Below, piece by piece: positions 63,142-64,000 of a DNA stretch of 64,000 nucleotides (the first letter of the stretch is position 1; every line of letters begins with the position of its first letter). The notes beneath the pieces were generated by a model. That model worked only from the letters and a program-made list of their open reading frames with translations. It ran no database searches and was not told the origin of the DNA. The stretch lies in NCBI RefSeq assembly GCF_035084215.1, contig NC_090358.1:3596001-3660000 (forward strand). The letters are read 5' to 3'. The position numbers and the translations under genes were made by a program. Origin of the DNA: Heptranchias perlo. Its lineage: Eukaryota.

Positions 63142-63316
63142 CTTTCTAGAGAACGTTCTCTCCTCTAATATTCTCTCAAACGAAATAGGCGATGGCAGGG
63201 TGAGTGTCCTTGTAATTTCCCACTGAAATGTCTCCGCTGTGCAGCTACCAGTAGAAGCTACTGGCACCTGTGCCAACACCACTGCATTGATCTAATGTTG
63301 AGCTTCTCTCCGGCAG

Positions 63317-63401
63317 TGCGAATAGGAGCAATGTTGGCGTACACACCTCTGGATGAGAAGAGTCTGGCGTTGCTGCTGAATTACTTGCACGATTTCTTAA
63401 A
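63317..63401 (+). CDS. MORF4L1: MORF4L1 exon 11: (V)RIGAMLAYTPLDEKSLALLLNYLHDFL(K); final exon lies beyond the window
   Basis: GGCAG acceptor, GTAAGT donor, 85 nt. Exons 1-11 sum to 887 nt in one open frame with no stop codon yet. Confidence 0.97.
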
Positions 63402-64000
63402 GTAAGTAGAATTCTTAAATCCTCAAAGACGTTAAGAATATGATACACGATGGGCCGAATGGCCGCCTTCTGTGCTGTAAGGTCCTATGATTACAATAAA
63501 TCGATACAGGGTTAGGAAGTCGGAGTGGAATTTCATCGTGGCAAACGTTTTATATAAAAAAACATAAGATTTCTTTGTTTACTAGTGAAAATCATGTAAA
63601 CCTCAAGAAAGAGTAACAGAAAATGCTGGAAAACACTCAGCAGGTCAGGTAGTATCTGTGGAGTGAAAGAAACAGAGTTAACTTTTACTTAGTGATTTTA
63701 CAGTTTTTAAGCAATAACCGAGCCATGGAAATGGTGGGGGTGGGGGGAGAACAATGGGGAAGGTCAGGGGTGATTAAATGACAGGAGGGATGATGGTGCA
63801 AGGCATAGGGGGGTGGTAATGGACCAAGGGAAGAAACTAAAGATCCAGAGGAGGTGTAAACGGTACAGCAGAATAGCCTAGGGGGATGGAAGCGTGGGAA
63901 ATCTGGCAAAGAGGAGCAGGCTGCTGTGGCCTGGGAATGTGGTGGAGAAAGGTGGATGTAGACCCTTCAAGTTCACAAACTTCTGAGCCCTCGTAAACAA

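Noticed and set aside
1-64000. CRISPR arrays, prokaryotic operons or contamination
   Set aside because: None seen. Spliceosomal introns and vertebrate retroelements run through the whole window, and there are no regularly spaced direct repeats.

Overview
Vertebrate genomic DNA, most likely a shark or other cartilaginous fish (inferred from the CR1/L2 LINE, Deu-domain SINE and Penelope-type repeat content). There are three host loci, all on the + strand. (1) A relaxin-3 receptor-like class A GPCR (RXFP3 family) with a single coding exon, 14105-15355. (2) An intact tRNA-Lys(CTT) gene at 19111-19183. (3) MORF4L1/MRG15, with a CpG-island promoter near 21 kb and 11 GT-AG coding exons from 21217 to 63401; the last exon lies beyond the window. 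The rest is mostly transposon-derived: many CR1 and L2 fragments, one near-complete CR1 ORF2 nested inside an older CR1, several SINE families and palindromic elements. The most notable non-coding signals are minimal type I hammerhead-ribozyme motifs in palindromic Penelope-like repeats. One is a very young copy with perfect 53-bp arms and a 13-bp target-site duplication, in sense orientation in MORF4L1 intron 10. Also notable are a tRNA-Glu head fused to a CR1 tail, and a tRNA-Lys isodecoder that appears to have stayed next to MORF4L1 as in human. I cannot show from sequence alone that any of this is a wholly new biological system. Family names and synteny statements come from recall and need database confirmation.
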